Assembly: GCA_009103225.1 (NCBI GenBank)
Contig: RHPI01002262.1
Coordinates: 284,080-348,079 of the forward strand
From: Chlorokybus atmophyticus
Taxonomy: Eukaryota > Plantae > Mesostigma and Chlorokybus algae
DNA length: 64,000 nucleotides
Direction of reading: 5' to 3'
The notes below the pieces were generated by a model. The model saw nothing but the letters and a program-made list of their open reading frames with translations. It did no database searches and was not told the origin of the DNA. Shown here in pieces: positions 34,001-52,120 of the stretch (its first letter is position 1; every line of letters begins with the position of its first letter). Both the position numbers and the translations under genes were made by a program.

Positions 34001-36996
34001 GACCAGAAGTTGATGGCAAAGTTGATCGTCTGCATCGTGTACGAGTGGCCGCGGATGAAAAAACCGCCAAAGAAGATGCGCTTGAGGCCGTGCTGAGTCG
34101 CCACCAAGTACGCCAACTACGGGACAGGACAACATGTGCGTGTGCGTGCATGTATGCGTGTGCGTGTGCGTGTGCATGTGCTTGTGCGTGTGTCAGTTCA
34201 TGTTGGTGCGTACGTGGGCAATGTTGTATGATATCATGCGCAGGAGGCTGAGCGCCATGTCTGCAGGGTTGCAGTCCGCCAGCTCCTTGCCTTCAGCTGC
34301 CACCTGCATGGTGACCAACTTAGCAGCAAGGCGCACGCGAGCACACACACACACATGCACACACAAGCTCGCACCCACCAACCCACATAGGCACACGCAC
34401 GCACGCACAGTGTGTCTGTGTGGTATGGATGACATGCAGGTGTCATTGGTCCCAACAAAATGCACCTTGCCAAAGCTGGAGGCGATAGTGTCGGCGGACA
34501 GCCCCACTTTGGCGTAGTCCACACCGCCGTAGATGTCTCCCACAAGCATGTCCACCTACTACAGCTTGAGACAGTCAGCATTTCCTCCTGCTGAAAGTCA
34601 TCAGTGACGCACAGCACAACAATGCAAATACACACTCAACAACCAGCATTGTCGTACAGGTATACCGTGGCGTTGTTGCCTTTGGCGCTAAGCTCCAGCA
34701 TCTCATCAAAGCTGGTTGCAGTACAGACTCTGAGCCATGCATGCAGGCACACTCACAAAATGTTGGGATGTAATGACTGCATGCTTGAGCACCTTTGGCA
34801 CTTGGTCAGGAGGCGGCACAAGCCCCAAAAGGTCCCACCGCCGAGATTCGTGCCACTCACGCGCGCAAAATCCCCCTCACCATCAACCTGCACAAAGAAG
34901 TGAGCAAGTGATAAAGGGAGTAAGAGAGAGTGAGAGGCGTGCGAATGTGTGTGTGCGCGCGCGTTTGTGTTGCTGAAGAACAGCATGTGCGTGAAAGCAA
35001 AGAGAAGACGTGCCTTGACCATGCTCACGCCCGAGCCGATGTTCACCAGCAAGTAAGGGAACAGCTGTCCGTGCAGCCGAACAAACTGGATATGGACAAA
35101 CATACACAAGAATGTTGGTTTATGGCGCAAGTGACCCACTGCCCTCTGCATCACCACAACTTCTAACAAACCTCTTTCTCGCCGTTGCTGAACTGAAACG
35201 CCTCATCTTCAATTGCCTGCGTGTCAAGGATGCAGCACTCATTACACGAGGTGAGACAACAACACCATCAACTTACTTCGCCGAGAGCCACAAACACAAA
35301 TGGTGAACAACGGCCTACCCGTAAGAGGAAATTGGCACCCGCAACGAGGCTCGCCATCTCGTCCTCTTTTGAGAGCGTAAGCCCAAGCCTCCGCTTGAAA
35401 GCCTTCAAACGCAAACCACCACTCAACAAATTATTCATCACGCGCATGCGCTCACACACACGCACACACTGCCATACCTCAGCAAACCTGTATGACCCGC
35501 CTCCGGTCGCCTGGAGCACAAGGTGCAGTACACATCAGAAGTTGTGCTATGATGGTCACTTCTTTATAAGGTTGTTGTGCAATGGCTCGTGAGGACGCTT
35601 ACCTTCACTGTGGCAGTGCCGGCCGCAGCAACGGAGTCATTGAGCTTCGCCGCACTGCATGGATACAGGCACAAGAACTGAGAGGAGGCTTACACAAACA
35701 TGCCGTAGCACAACAACAACAATTTAACATAGCAACTTGGCAATGACCGATCTCGGGTGACGACCATCGGGGGACCGTTAAACAGCGTTCATGATTAAGT
35801 AAAACTGTTATCCTACAAGGCCAGCTGGCTAGCTGTGTTGTCCCGCATGCACGCACACACGCAAGCACGTGCCCACACGCCGTGTGTACCCACGCAGGCA
35901 CGCTTGCCTGCACACATGTGCACATGCATCCCACACGCACAGCCACGTGTGCATGTGCATAGGTGCATGCACGCTCACATGCATGGCTGACAATCATGCC
36001 CACCCTCTTCCAAGCGCCCTCTTACTTGAGCTGGTGTACGTGCAGCCGCCGGGCTTCAATGAAGTCCAGGCACTCCTCCAGTTTGCTCGTCTCAAACTTG
36101 GCAAAATGCAGCCTCCCTCCACCCACCCCACCATCACCCTGCTAGTTGTGAATACGCAAGAGTTACCCAACTACACACAGACACATACATATACACGCAC
36201 GCACGCGCATGACTGCATGCATGACCGCGCACGTGCACGCACGCACACACATTGCATGCATGACTCCATGCCATACCCACCTCTGTGGGTGCGAAGTACA
36301 CCAGCTTGATTAGCGAGCCGCCGATGTCGACAGCGAAGTGGGCGGACAGCGAGGCCGGCGGCTGGTTTGGCAGCAGAATCGGTGGTGTGGAGACGCGTGC
36401 GGGAGCAAGCATGGGTAAACCTGCCGATGTCAATGCACACAAGCATTGGATGCATGCAGTGTGTTGCTGCTGATCAAGGTAGATTAAGGTAGAGGTAAGG
36501 CTAGGGTTAGGGTTTCGGCTCATCATTATTCATGCACGTAGTCAGTGTGTGCAGTACTCGCATTGCAACATCACTTGAAGTGTTGCTCTTGTTGTCATGA
36601 TGTTTTGCATTGCACACCAGGCAGGATGTTTGCATGACGTATGCGCATCAACAATCAAGTAGCGGTGCTACGGACTGTGTATGTGTCTCTTTCTATTCTT
36701 ATATGTCTGAGATTGCTGCATGGCTAGCAGGTGGATGCATGGACTTACTTACTCTATGAAGCTCGTTTGACTCGAGTGGCTCAAGCGAAGAACATGGCAA
36801 CAGCAGCATGGGGTGTACCTTCATTGGGTGACTCTGGGCTTGTCGTCGTTGCGGTCGTCGCCGTCGCCGTCGCCGTCGTGGCCGTCGTCGCCGTCCGGAC
36901 GCCGTCTTCCTGGTCGTCCGCCCTCTTCTCCCCGTCCTCCGGCTGTATAGCCGCCCCAGAGAGGTCCAAGCGACCGCGGCTGCCGGACCGCTTCAT
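31009..36996 (-). CDS. PANK2: Plant-type pantothenate kinase 2: type II PanK fused to DUF89 (damage-control phosphatase) domain, ~20 exons
   Basis: [15 protein letters not shown]; [15 protein letters not shown]; ATGGGSYRF; [14 protein letters not shown]|VDG...[14 protein letters not shown]; [11 protein letters not shown]; [18 protein letters not shown]89 part: [47 protein letters not shown]. Confidence 0.95.
34888..35013 (-). other. GC-AG intron in PANK2 (126 nt)
   Basis: AAG|GCACGT joins [10 protein letters not shown] to VDGEG. Confidence 0.85.
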
Positions 36997-37651
36997 GGGG
37001 GCAGGGGGACGCCGCCACCGGACGGTGTGGGCGAGGAGGACGACAAGGCAGTGGAATTGGAATATGCGGGTACGGTTATACGAACGAGCATGCAAGTTGC
37101 ATAGTGCAACATTAGTTGTGACCTAGCCATGGTAGCTTACTACCGATAGATGATTATGAAACGGGTTGGGTTGTAATCAAACTAAAGGTATTTGGGTCTT
37201 CACAACAGCATCATTGATGCATTAATGTTTGTGATCGTAATAGCACAAGATTAAAATTTAAAAATCTTTGCAAAAGTGAGTGTGGGTTGTGATATGTGTG
37301 TCATTAATGGTTTAATCTTTAAAATGACCACAAAAATAAAGGCTCTTCGTGCGGGCTTCTTGAAATGTTCAAATGTAGGATGTGCCAGGTGAGCATGTAG
37401 TAAAAACCCTTCAATAAAGGTTGACCCATTGCCAGTTGATATGATTGTGATGATCGATTATTAAATGAGCATATAGTGCCGGAAGTGCTAAAAATCTATG
37501 CAAAGCAACCATTAGGCAATGCAGACTCCTATTTTTTTGCTAAACTACTACGCATATGAACATTGCTATAATGTGGGCCGTCCATGATAAATCTGTAACT
37601 TGTATATGACAACAGTGTGCTACTAGTAGCATGCGCATGCCAGTATTATAT

Positions 37652-38256
37652 TGTCACAGCCCACTCGACCACAAAAGACTTGGTGCTTTTATGGTCGATT
37701 TGTGGTAATATAATGTGCCTTCCCGTTACATTCATAGTAATTACCACAAATCGACCATAAAAGCGCCAAGCCTTTTGTGGTCGAGTGGGCTGTGACATTG
37801 GTATCGGAGCTTGAGACCCGGGTTCGATTCCTGCCTTGCATACGAATTCCGCGGTCGTTGTTTCTCGATCCAATAACATCCAATAACATCGTAAATGGTC
37901 ACTTTATAAGTGCCATCATCGATGGGTCGCGACTTGCATAATGGCAGTCGCGCCGAACTGACCAGTTTAGTCGGCGCGGCAGGGCGCGACCTGCCTATCG
38001 CGGCGACGCGACCTGTGGGGCCGGCAGCGGCACGCTATGCGCGCGCTGACCGGTATGGGCCTAAATTGGCCGGTCCTTGGCTGTGGGGCCGGTGACCGAC
38101 CCTAACAAACCCCTTAGGTAATTCCCCAGCTGAGCGGGCAGCTGCCGAGGACGTCAGCGTTCTTAAATGGGGGGGAATGTAACGGGAAGGCACATTAAAC
38201 GACCACAAATCGACCATAAAAGCACCAAGTCTTTTGTGGTCGAGTGGGCTGTGACA
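37652..38256 (+). mobile_element. Non-autonomous miniature LTR retroelement (TRIM) with an extra inverted LTR
   Basis: Inverted full LTR 37652-37730; truncated direct LTR 37740-37797 ending GGGCTGTGACA; PBS TGGTATCGGAGC 37799-37810; ~370-bp non-coding interior; PPT GGGGGGGAA 38169-38177; 3' LTR 38178-38256 (TGTAACGG...GTGACA, 79 bp); TATAT on both flanks (37647-37651, 38257-38261). Confidence 0.88.
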
Positions 38257-38261
38257 TATAT

Positions 38262-38680
38262 AAAGTTTCTGAGGATCAATGTTATGCGCTTTTCGAAAAA
38301 CATATATGTGTACATATACATATATATATACACATAAACATGTGTATATATATGCATGCAAATGCCATGACTATATATATATACACATATAAATATATAT
38401 ATATACCTTTGTAAACACATATATACATAAGCACACATATATATACATAACACATATAAGTTGCGATAAAGCAAAGTCCAAGAGTGGTTGCAATGCAAAT
38501 ACAACCATAAATACCAACAAGTCAACAACAAGCAAACAATTTTGGTGGGGGCTAAAACAGAGTTCAACGCTAGGGCTGCAACTGGCCCTACATATATGTA
38601 TGCATATATATGGTTTTTAAACGGCGCATAACATATTTATGTGTACACTACATATATATGTGTACATATCTCAAAAATAT
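38262..38680. repeat. Degenerate (TA)/(CA) low-complexity tract
   Basis: Long runs such as atatacatatatatatatacacat and tatatatatatacacatataaatatatat. Confidence 0.8.
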
Positions 38681-41097
38681 TGGCGTTACAACATGTATAA
38701 TGCATCGCATGTGTTCACGGAGTCGATCACGGAGTCGATCGGATGATAATACCCGTACATATCGCATGTACAGACGTTATCATTGAACGATTGAGTAGCG
38801 TATACCTTGGCACCAATAGCCTGAGCCTTAAGCTTATTGGGAAATTTAGCATTTATATTATGCAAGTTGTAAAGCGATGTGCATATAGAGGTTGAATGAA
38901 TGTTGTTAAGCATTGGAATGCTTTATATATAATCATGTATAAAGCAGAAGCGTGTGACCAATAGCAGGCTTGCATGCACACACTGTGGCATGCCCAATCA
39001 TGTATGTACAACGTATATCATAAAAGTATGCCCATGCTTCGTTTACAAGCGTTGAACATAATTTATTCAGTGGTTGTACATGCTTGCCTATTGCGTGAGC
39101 TGGTGTGCTTTAATGATTGTACAAAAGGGGTATGCTGCTGTGCCGACATGCATGGTGTGTATTTGTGCGCTGTGCTTTTAACGAAGGAACTTGTGGGTCG
39201 TGTGCTCTCAATCTTGCATCAATAGCTCTAAAACCTTATTTACCAAATGTTTACAAAATCACAAGCAATGGCATACACATTAGCAAGCATTACAAGATGC
39301 GGTTATCAATGCATTACATGCAGCATCTCAACGGCAAGGGTAACGGGTTATTGCAAGTTGCATCACGTGTGGTTTGCTAATACAATTGTTACAAACGTCA
39401 TATCTTGCGCAATCACATGCACGCGATGTATGATCACTTTTGATAAAGTGTTGCAGCTTCAGGGCTATGATTAATCATAAAATGTGTAAAGTGTTGCGCA
39501 TGATTACGATTACCATCGCATTGAGTCCTCATGATGCAGGATTCTGCCAAAAATATTAATTGCATCATTTTGCTAGCATGCAATTTGCACTCTTGTACCA
39601 ACTCTATATCGGATGGTGCATGGCAAGGTGTTGTTCAATACGATATCACTCAATATTGCAATTACCATGATCGCTATGTACACCAATCTATGATTTTACG
39701 CACAAACATGGATGTGGCCACGCTAGCAACCTGGGCAAGGCATGCACTTGTTGCCCAGAGAGTGTACAAACGGTGTATCATCTACTATTATGCACATGCA
39801 TGCCTTCTGCCGCTCAAGTTGGCAGCTGAGATCTGCACTACCTACTGTGTTTGCTTGCCCACCTTGCACGCACATAGATTTATACACGTAGTGTAGCCTT
39901 GGCCCCTGTTTGTAATTTATTATTTGCCTTGCTGTTTTGCTACTGTGCGTGTGTGTAGGAAACTAAAGACGCTATTGCATGCATGCAATAGTGCAGCACA
40001 TACGTTCAAACATGATGTACAACACACGTCAACCACATACATACTCACCTAGTTCACACATGTTCGGCCACCGGGGTACCTACCTAACTCACTCTACTCC
40101 TACCCCACCCAGTTAGTCATGCAAGCATGCATGTGCAGCCCTTGTTACTTGCACCACGGCCATATGTCAGCGGCCCATGCATGCAGCAGCAGCAGCAGCA
40201 GCCGACTCAACGGACTCCCCCCTCGCCTCCACGCACTGTGTCGTAAAACCTGCCAAGACTGCGTCGCTTTGTTAGGGTTGCGCATTGGCGCGCAGCATGC
40301 ATCCACATGCATAGCGCAAAGTAGCGCATAGCACTCTCTTTCGTCGTGCCGTCACTGTGTCCTTGTGTGTGCTGTGCATACTTGTGTGGTTGAAACGCCT
40401 ATGCGTGATGCCGAATGCATCACGAGTACACGCCGGTGTGTACCGTTACCCACACCACACTCTCAACAAGGCGAGTGCGCTAGACTTGGCAACCACCAAC
40501 ATTGGGCTTGCATGTCATCCATAGCACTGGGTTTGTCGTATGTTGTGCAATAACACAAGACGGGGTGTTTGATGGCTGCACCAGAGGTGCAGTGGTTATT
40601 TACTTGCTGGCGACTGCCTAGCCTAGACTACATTTAGTCACACTGAAAACACAGTGCCTACAAACTGGATTTGTGTCTCCTTACTAACAAACACACTACA
40701 TCTTGGCAGCAGACCAAGAATTCCCCTAGCAACAAACTCCCTCTGACGTGAGTTTAATTGTCAAGCGTCAAATGGTACGGATGCCCCGTCCATGCTAAAG
40801 AATGGTTTGAAACGAGTCCAAATTGGTTGCCCCCATGACAAAAGGGGCAAGAAGGAAGCCAACGGAGGAGGTTGGAGGAGAGAAATTGGGTCTACCAACA
40901 GTGAAGACAATGGAGGATGGAAAGGAGGATGGGTATCATGAACACAAGTAGTTTACGAGAAATAACGCTATTGCGTTGATGACTGTACAGCAAATTCACG
41001 TGCGTGGCTGGATCTCCTCCTTCGCTCCAAGTCTCCCTCTTTACAGGCATGAACCTCGTTTCATCCATCATGACTCGCGAATACAAGCACGTGTGCG

Positions 41098-47994
<6,897 letters not shown>

Positions 47995-50900
47995 CCAGCG
48001 CCAGCCAAGCTCCGCCCTCGGCCCAGGCCTGGCCTTGCCACGCCAGGACCGTGAGCTTCCAGGCTAGCGACCAGTCCAGGCCAAGCCGCACCGGCGCTGA
48101 AGGCCTTGCCCAACTCCCACGCCCCCACTCCAGCCTTCCTCTCTGCTTCCCCAAGACGAATCCCCCTGCTCCTTCTCCACTTCGTCGTCCTCCTGGTCGT
48201 CGCCGCCGCCGCCCGGCCTGGCCTAGCTGCTAGTCCGCAAGGCGCTCAGGTATGGCAGTTCGCACGTAGGCGCCCAAACCCTGCAAACAGTTTTTGCGGG
48301 AAAACCCAACGGCAGGAATGAAATCGCGGTTTTATTGTCTCGTGCTGCCCTTTTTGGGGGTTTGCCGCTGCATTGTGCCTCAGAATGGCGTTTTTGTCTT
48401 CGGCACCGCAGCAACGCCTTTTTCATGCTCGCTAAGAATCCTCGAAAGTTAGAACCGGTCTGAGAGTGCATCGAAAAAAGGGCAAGCCAAGCCAGCCTTG
48501 AAGCGAAAAAGCGCCTGGCGAATCTGCGACTTCCGTCGCTTCAGAATCCTGTACATGACAACAACTGCGAGACTGCAAGTCGCGAACGGCCTTTGCATAA
48601 TGTCACGTCAGACCAAAATTGTTAATGATGAAAGCCCACGGGGCACTGCCGTGCAGGCAATCATAAAGCGAAGACCGGCTCTGTGCCGCGTTTGACCAGA
48701 TAAACCGTCCCCTACCGGTCACGTGGCTGTTGAAATGGGCGGCGGAGCTCCAGCTCCAATGATAAGTGCAGTTGAGCTCATTCCTGCGGCAGTACTACTT
48801 TCTGCAACTCTAGTCCGTACGGTTGATTGGTGTAAACTGTAGACCGGTACGAAGGCAGTTGACCGCAAGCGTGTGTCCCGCGCGTCAGCAGGGCCGGACT
48901 ATCTTTTTGTCAACAATGGGCATTTTGGCGCCAAAATTAGGGTAAGAATCGCGTTGTAAGCATAACGCTGTGTAACAACACGCAGTTGTAACTTACATAG
49001 TAAGAGCCACGCTGAATGACATGTGCTAGCCGCCGCTGTTACGGGTAGTGATCGACGTTATGTACCAAATCCCAGTAGGCTACTGCCAGTAGCCATGGCA
49101 AAAGAGGGTTGTGATAACGCTTTTCATCAAAGGTGTCTTCACGTGCTCTGTGCAACATTAGAAATCCATTACATGCAGTTGCATCATCACAGGTATGAAA
49201 TTCGCATAACTCCAGATCTGATGATGTTCCTTTCAAGGCTTTTATAGCACATCATCACTGCTGTGCTATAAAAGCAGTCGATTTGGGTGACCAGCAATTT
49301 CTGTTATTGAATTGAGCTTAGCACTTCGTTGGCCGTGTTGACCATACACCTCACATTGTATCATGGAAACATGTCATGAATTGTAACCATAAAACAACAC
49401 ATGAATTGAAGATATCAAATAAAACATCTATAAACTTCAATATCAGATTGTGATAATGTGACCTGAAAAAAACGTCATCGTATATTTGGCAAAACTGAGC
49501 CAAAGTGTGGCTTTATATCAACGTACATTTTGCGATTTCAAGAGCCACTTTTTAGAAGGCCACACATTTGATCAAATTCACAAAAAAGCGCCATGTCGGT
49601 GACTTCCTGCCACCAATTGGAATAATGCTGATTACCATCAAGCTATTCGTATCGGTATGCCATCAAGTTGTAGGAATAAACGGGGCAGGCATTATAAGAA
49701 AGACACAACTTGTCGTTAATAAGATGATTTGATTTTAGCTTTAAAATGGGTGATTTATACACCTTTTCATGAACACGCACACTAAAAATTGTAATCACAG
49801 ATAGGTTGTGACACAATGTTGTGTGACAACCCCCCCTTTTAGTATCAATAAGTAAAACACATCATAACAACGCAGATTTAGCGTCGCTATGTTTACTACT
49901 ACTACATATCAATTGATTAGCATTGTTGCAACACTTGTAAATAGTAATAACATTTGTTTAACCTTAAAATCATCATATATATACATAAATATGCAAGTTG
50001 AAAACTTTTGAACAGATGTGGTGTAACGTATGATACTCAATAAGGCTTATGTTATGCTTGCAAAAGAGCATGATAATAATATGGCTTTACATAAGCTTAC
50101 TTATTGGTACGCGTTTACAGCATTAACTCATATATTGTGGTTTATATTACCGTGATAATAATAAATTTGCTATCTTAACTATAATCAATGTTCATTTTTC
50201 ATTTTTCTTATTAAATTGTTATTATAATGTAACACATAAATTGCATTCAACACCTTAATTATGATATAACAATTGTGTGATTTCTACTGGCTAATGATTG
50301 GCAGCTACAAGCATTATGATTACAAATAAGTCTTAACGTATCTTACAATAAAGGGATTAACACGAGATTGTGCATGTGTAACGTGACATGCAAACGTTGA
50401 ATTGCATTCTTGCCTTGCAATGTGATCGTCGCAACACTTATAACATCTGCAGTTAGCTTGTATCAACAATCATTAAATGCTTGATAGTTTCATTATATGG
50501 ATTGTCTACTTAACGGTCCGGCATCAGAAGGCTTTCAAAACGTTTCCATCATAACGTTTGCATGCATAAGCTTGCACAAGAATGCATTACAAGAGGTAAC
50601 TCTACATATAATGTACATTGAATACATCATACAATCACAAGGGTATACATAATATATTGTGCAACAAAACCGTATTATTTGTTTAATGATTATTCTTGTA
50701 TGTAAGGTGTGCTAAATACAGTATACATGTACCACCACAATGTAGTCTGTTTGTAGCAAACAAAATCATTTGCAAGCATTACGGTAAGGTTACAGGATCT
50801 TACAACTGACATGATAACATCTTTATCATAAGCTTGATTTGATTAAGTTGCTTAAAGAGTCAACTTGATAGGCAGCCACTATTGCACCTTTAACTTGTTT

Positions 50901-52120
50901 TGCTCATTAATTAATGCAAGGTATGTCCAAGCATAGCTTTGTGCTGACTCAATGTGCGTTTGAAACTGTGTAAGAATAAGGTTTTATTAGGCTATTGCAT
51001 AGCTCGAGTATTGCAAGATAACTATGGCAATGCGCTTTGCTCAATTAACAAGCAATAATGGAGCAAATTATTGTCATTTCAGTCAATTCTGCTGCATCAG
51101 GGGTTGTTGAAGGGTCATTGATATCCATGATATATTTTAACCTTATGGCTATATTTGTCCGATTACATTACGATTTTAATGTGTAGCCTTATTGTCGATT
51201 TCATCCGACTATAGCAATCGGAGGTAAAGATGCATGTTGACGCAGATTGTGTTCCCAATGCAAGGCATGACTCTGCATTACGTCTTTAACTGCCGACTTG
51301 ACACGGTCGGCTCAAATCAGCAATAAGAGAGTGAATACCAGCTATTTATTCTCGTCACAAAAAGTGCATATATGCCAACATGATAGCAGATTGGTTGTCA
51401 GTGGTTAAAATCCAACCATTACCATCATCGTGAAAGTGTATTTGCAAAAGCTACCCAAATGCAAATTCTATACGCGTAACATTGCCTCATATAAAACACA
51501 GATAAAGCTACACAGATTGTTCGCCAATTCGCTATTGTTAGTTTAGTGTCTTTCGTTGGGAACCATGTTATGAGTTCCGACAACGAAGCCAATGGAGAGT
51601 GCGCGATCGTCGCATTCATGAATTGCGTTATCATACCTACCAGGTAAAACAACTTATGTGTGTAGCGTATATGCAATGCTATGCATGTGACCCCATTGCA
51701 TTGTGTGTTAGGTAATGCAACATAATGCGACCAATGTCAGCTGCTGATGTGCATGCATGCAAAACCATTGTCTTGGCTCATTCGCGCAACAATATGGTGC
51801 AATATCACTCTGCCACAACATTTTCAAAAACACTGCACATGCATGGTCGCATTGATGTATATAAGGGGTATGGTATGTACATGATACGCGTGCAGTAGTA
51901 TGTATTGGTCACCACCACCACATGATGTAAGGGTCCACTAGTGCGCAAGGGACGCCGAGGGAATTGCGTAGGAATTGCTAACTTGGTTGGATTTATATGG
52001 TAACGATGATACCCATACAACACGTTGTGATGGTTGCACAATTGGCGATGATGTTGATCAAACGGAGAAGCACATCAATGCAAAGTCATCATTCGCGGTC
52101 AACACAAATCTCAAGCCTAT

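Noticed and set aside
37771-37845. Functional tRNA gene
   Set aside because: A and B boxes are present, but there is no acceptor stem or anticodon arm, and the region is an LTR end plus PBS.
40892-41086. 64-aa ORF after the kinase stop
   Set aside because: No recognisable motif or splice link; probably 3' UTR.
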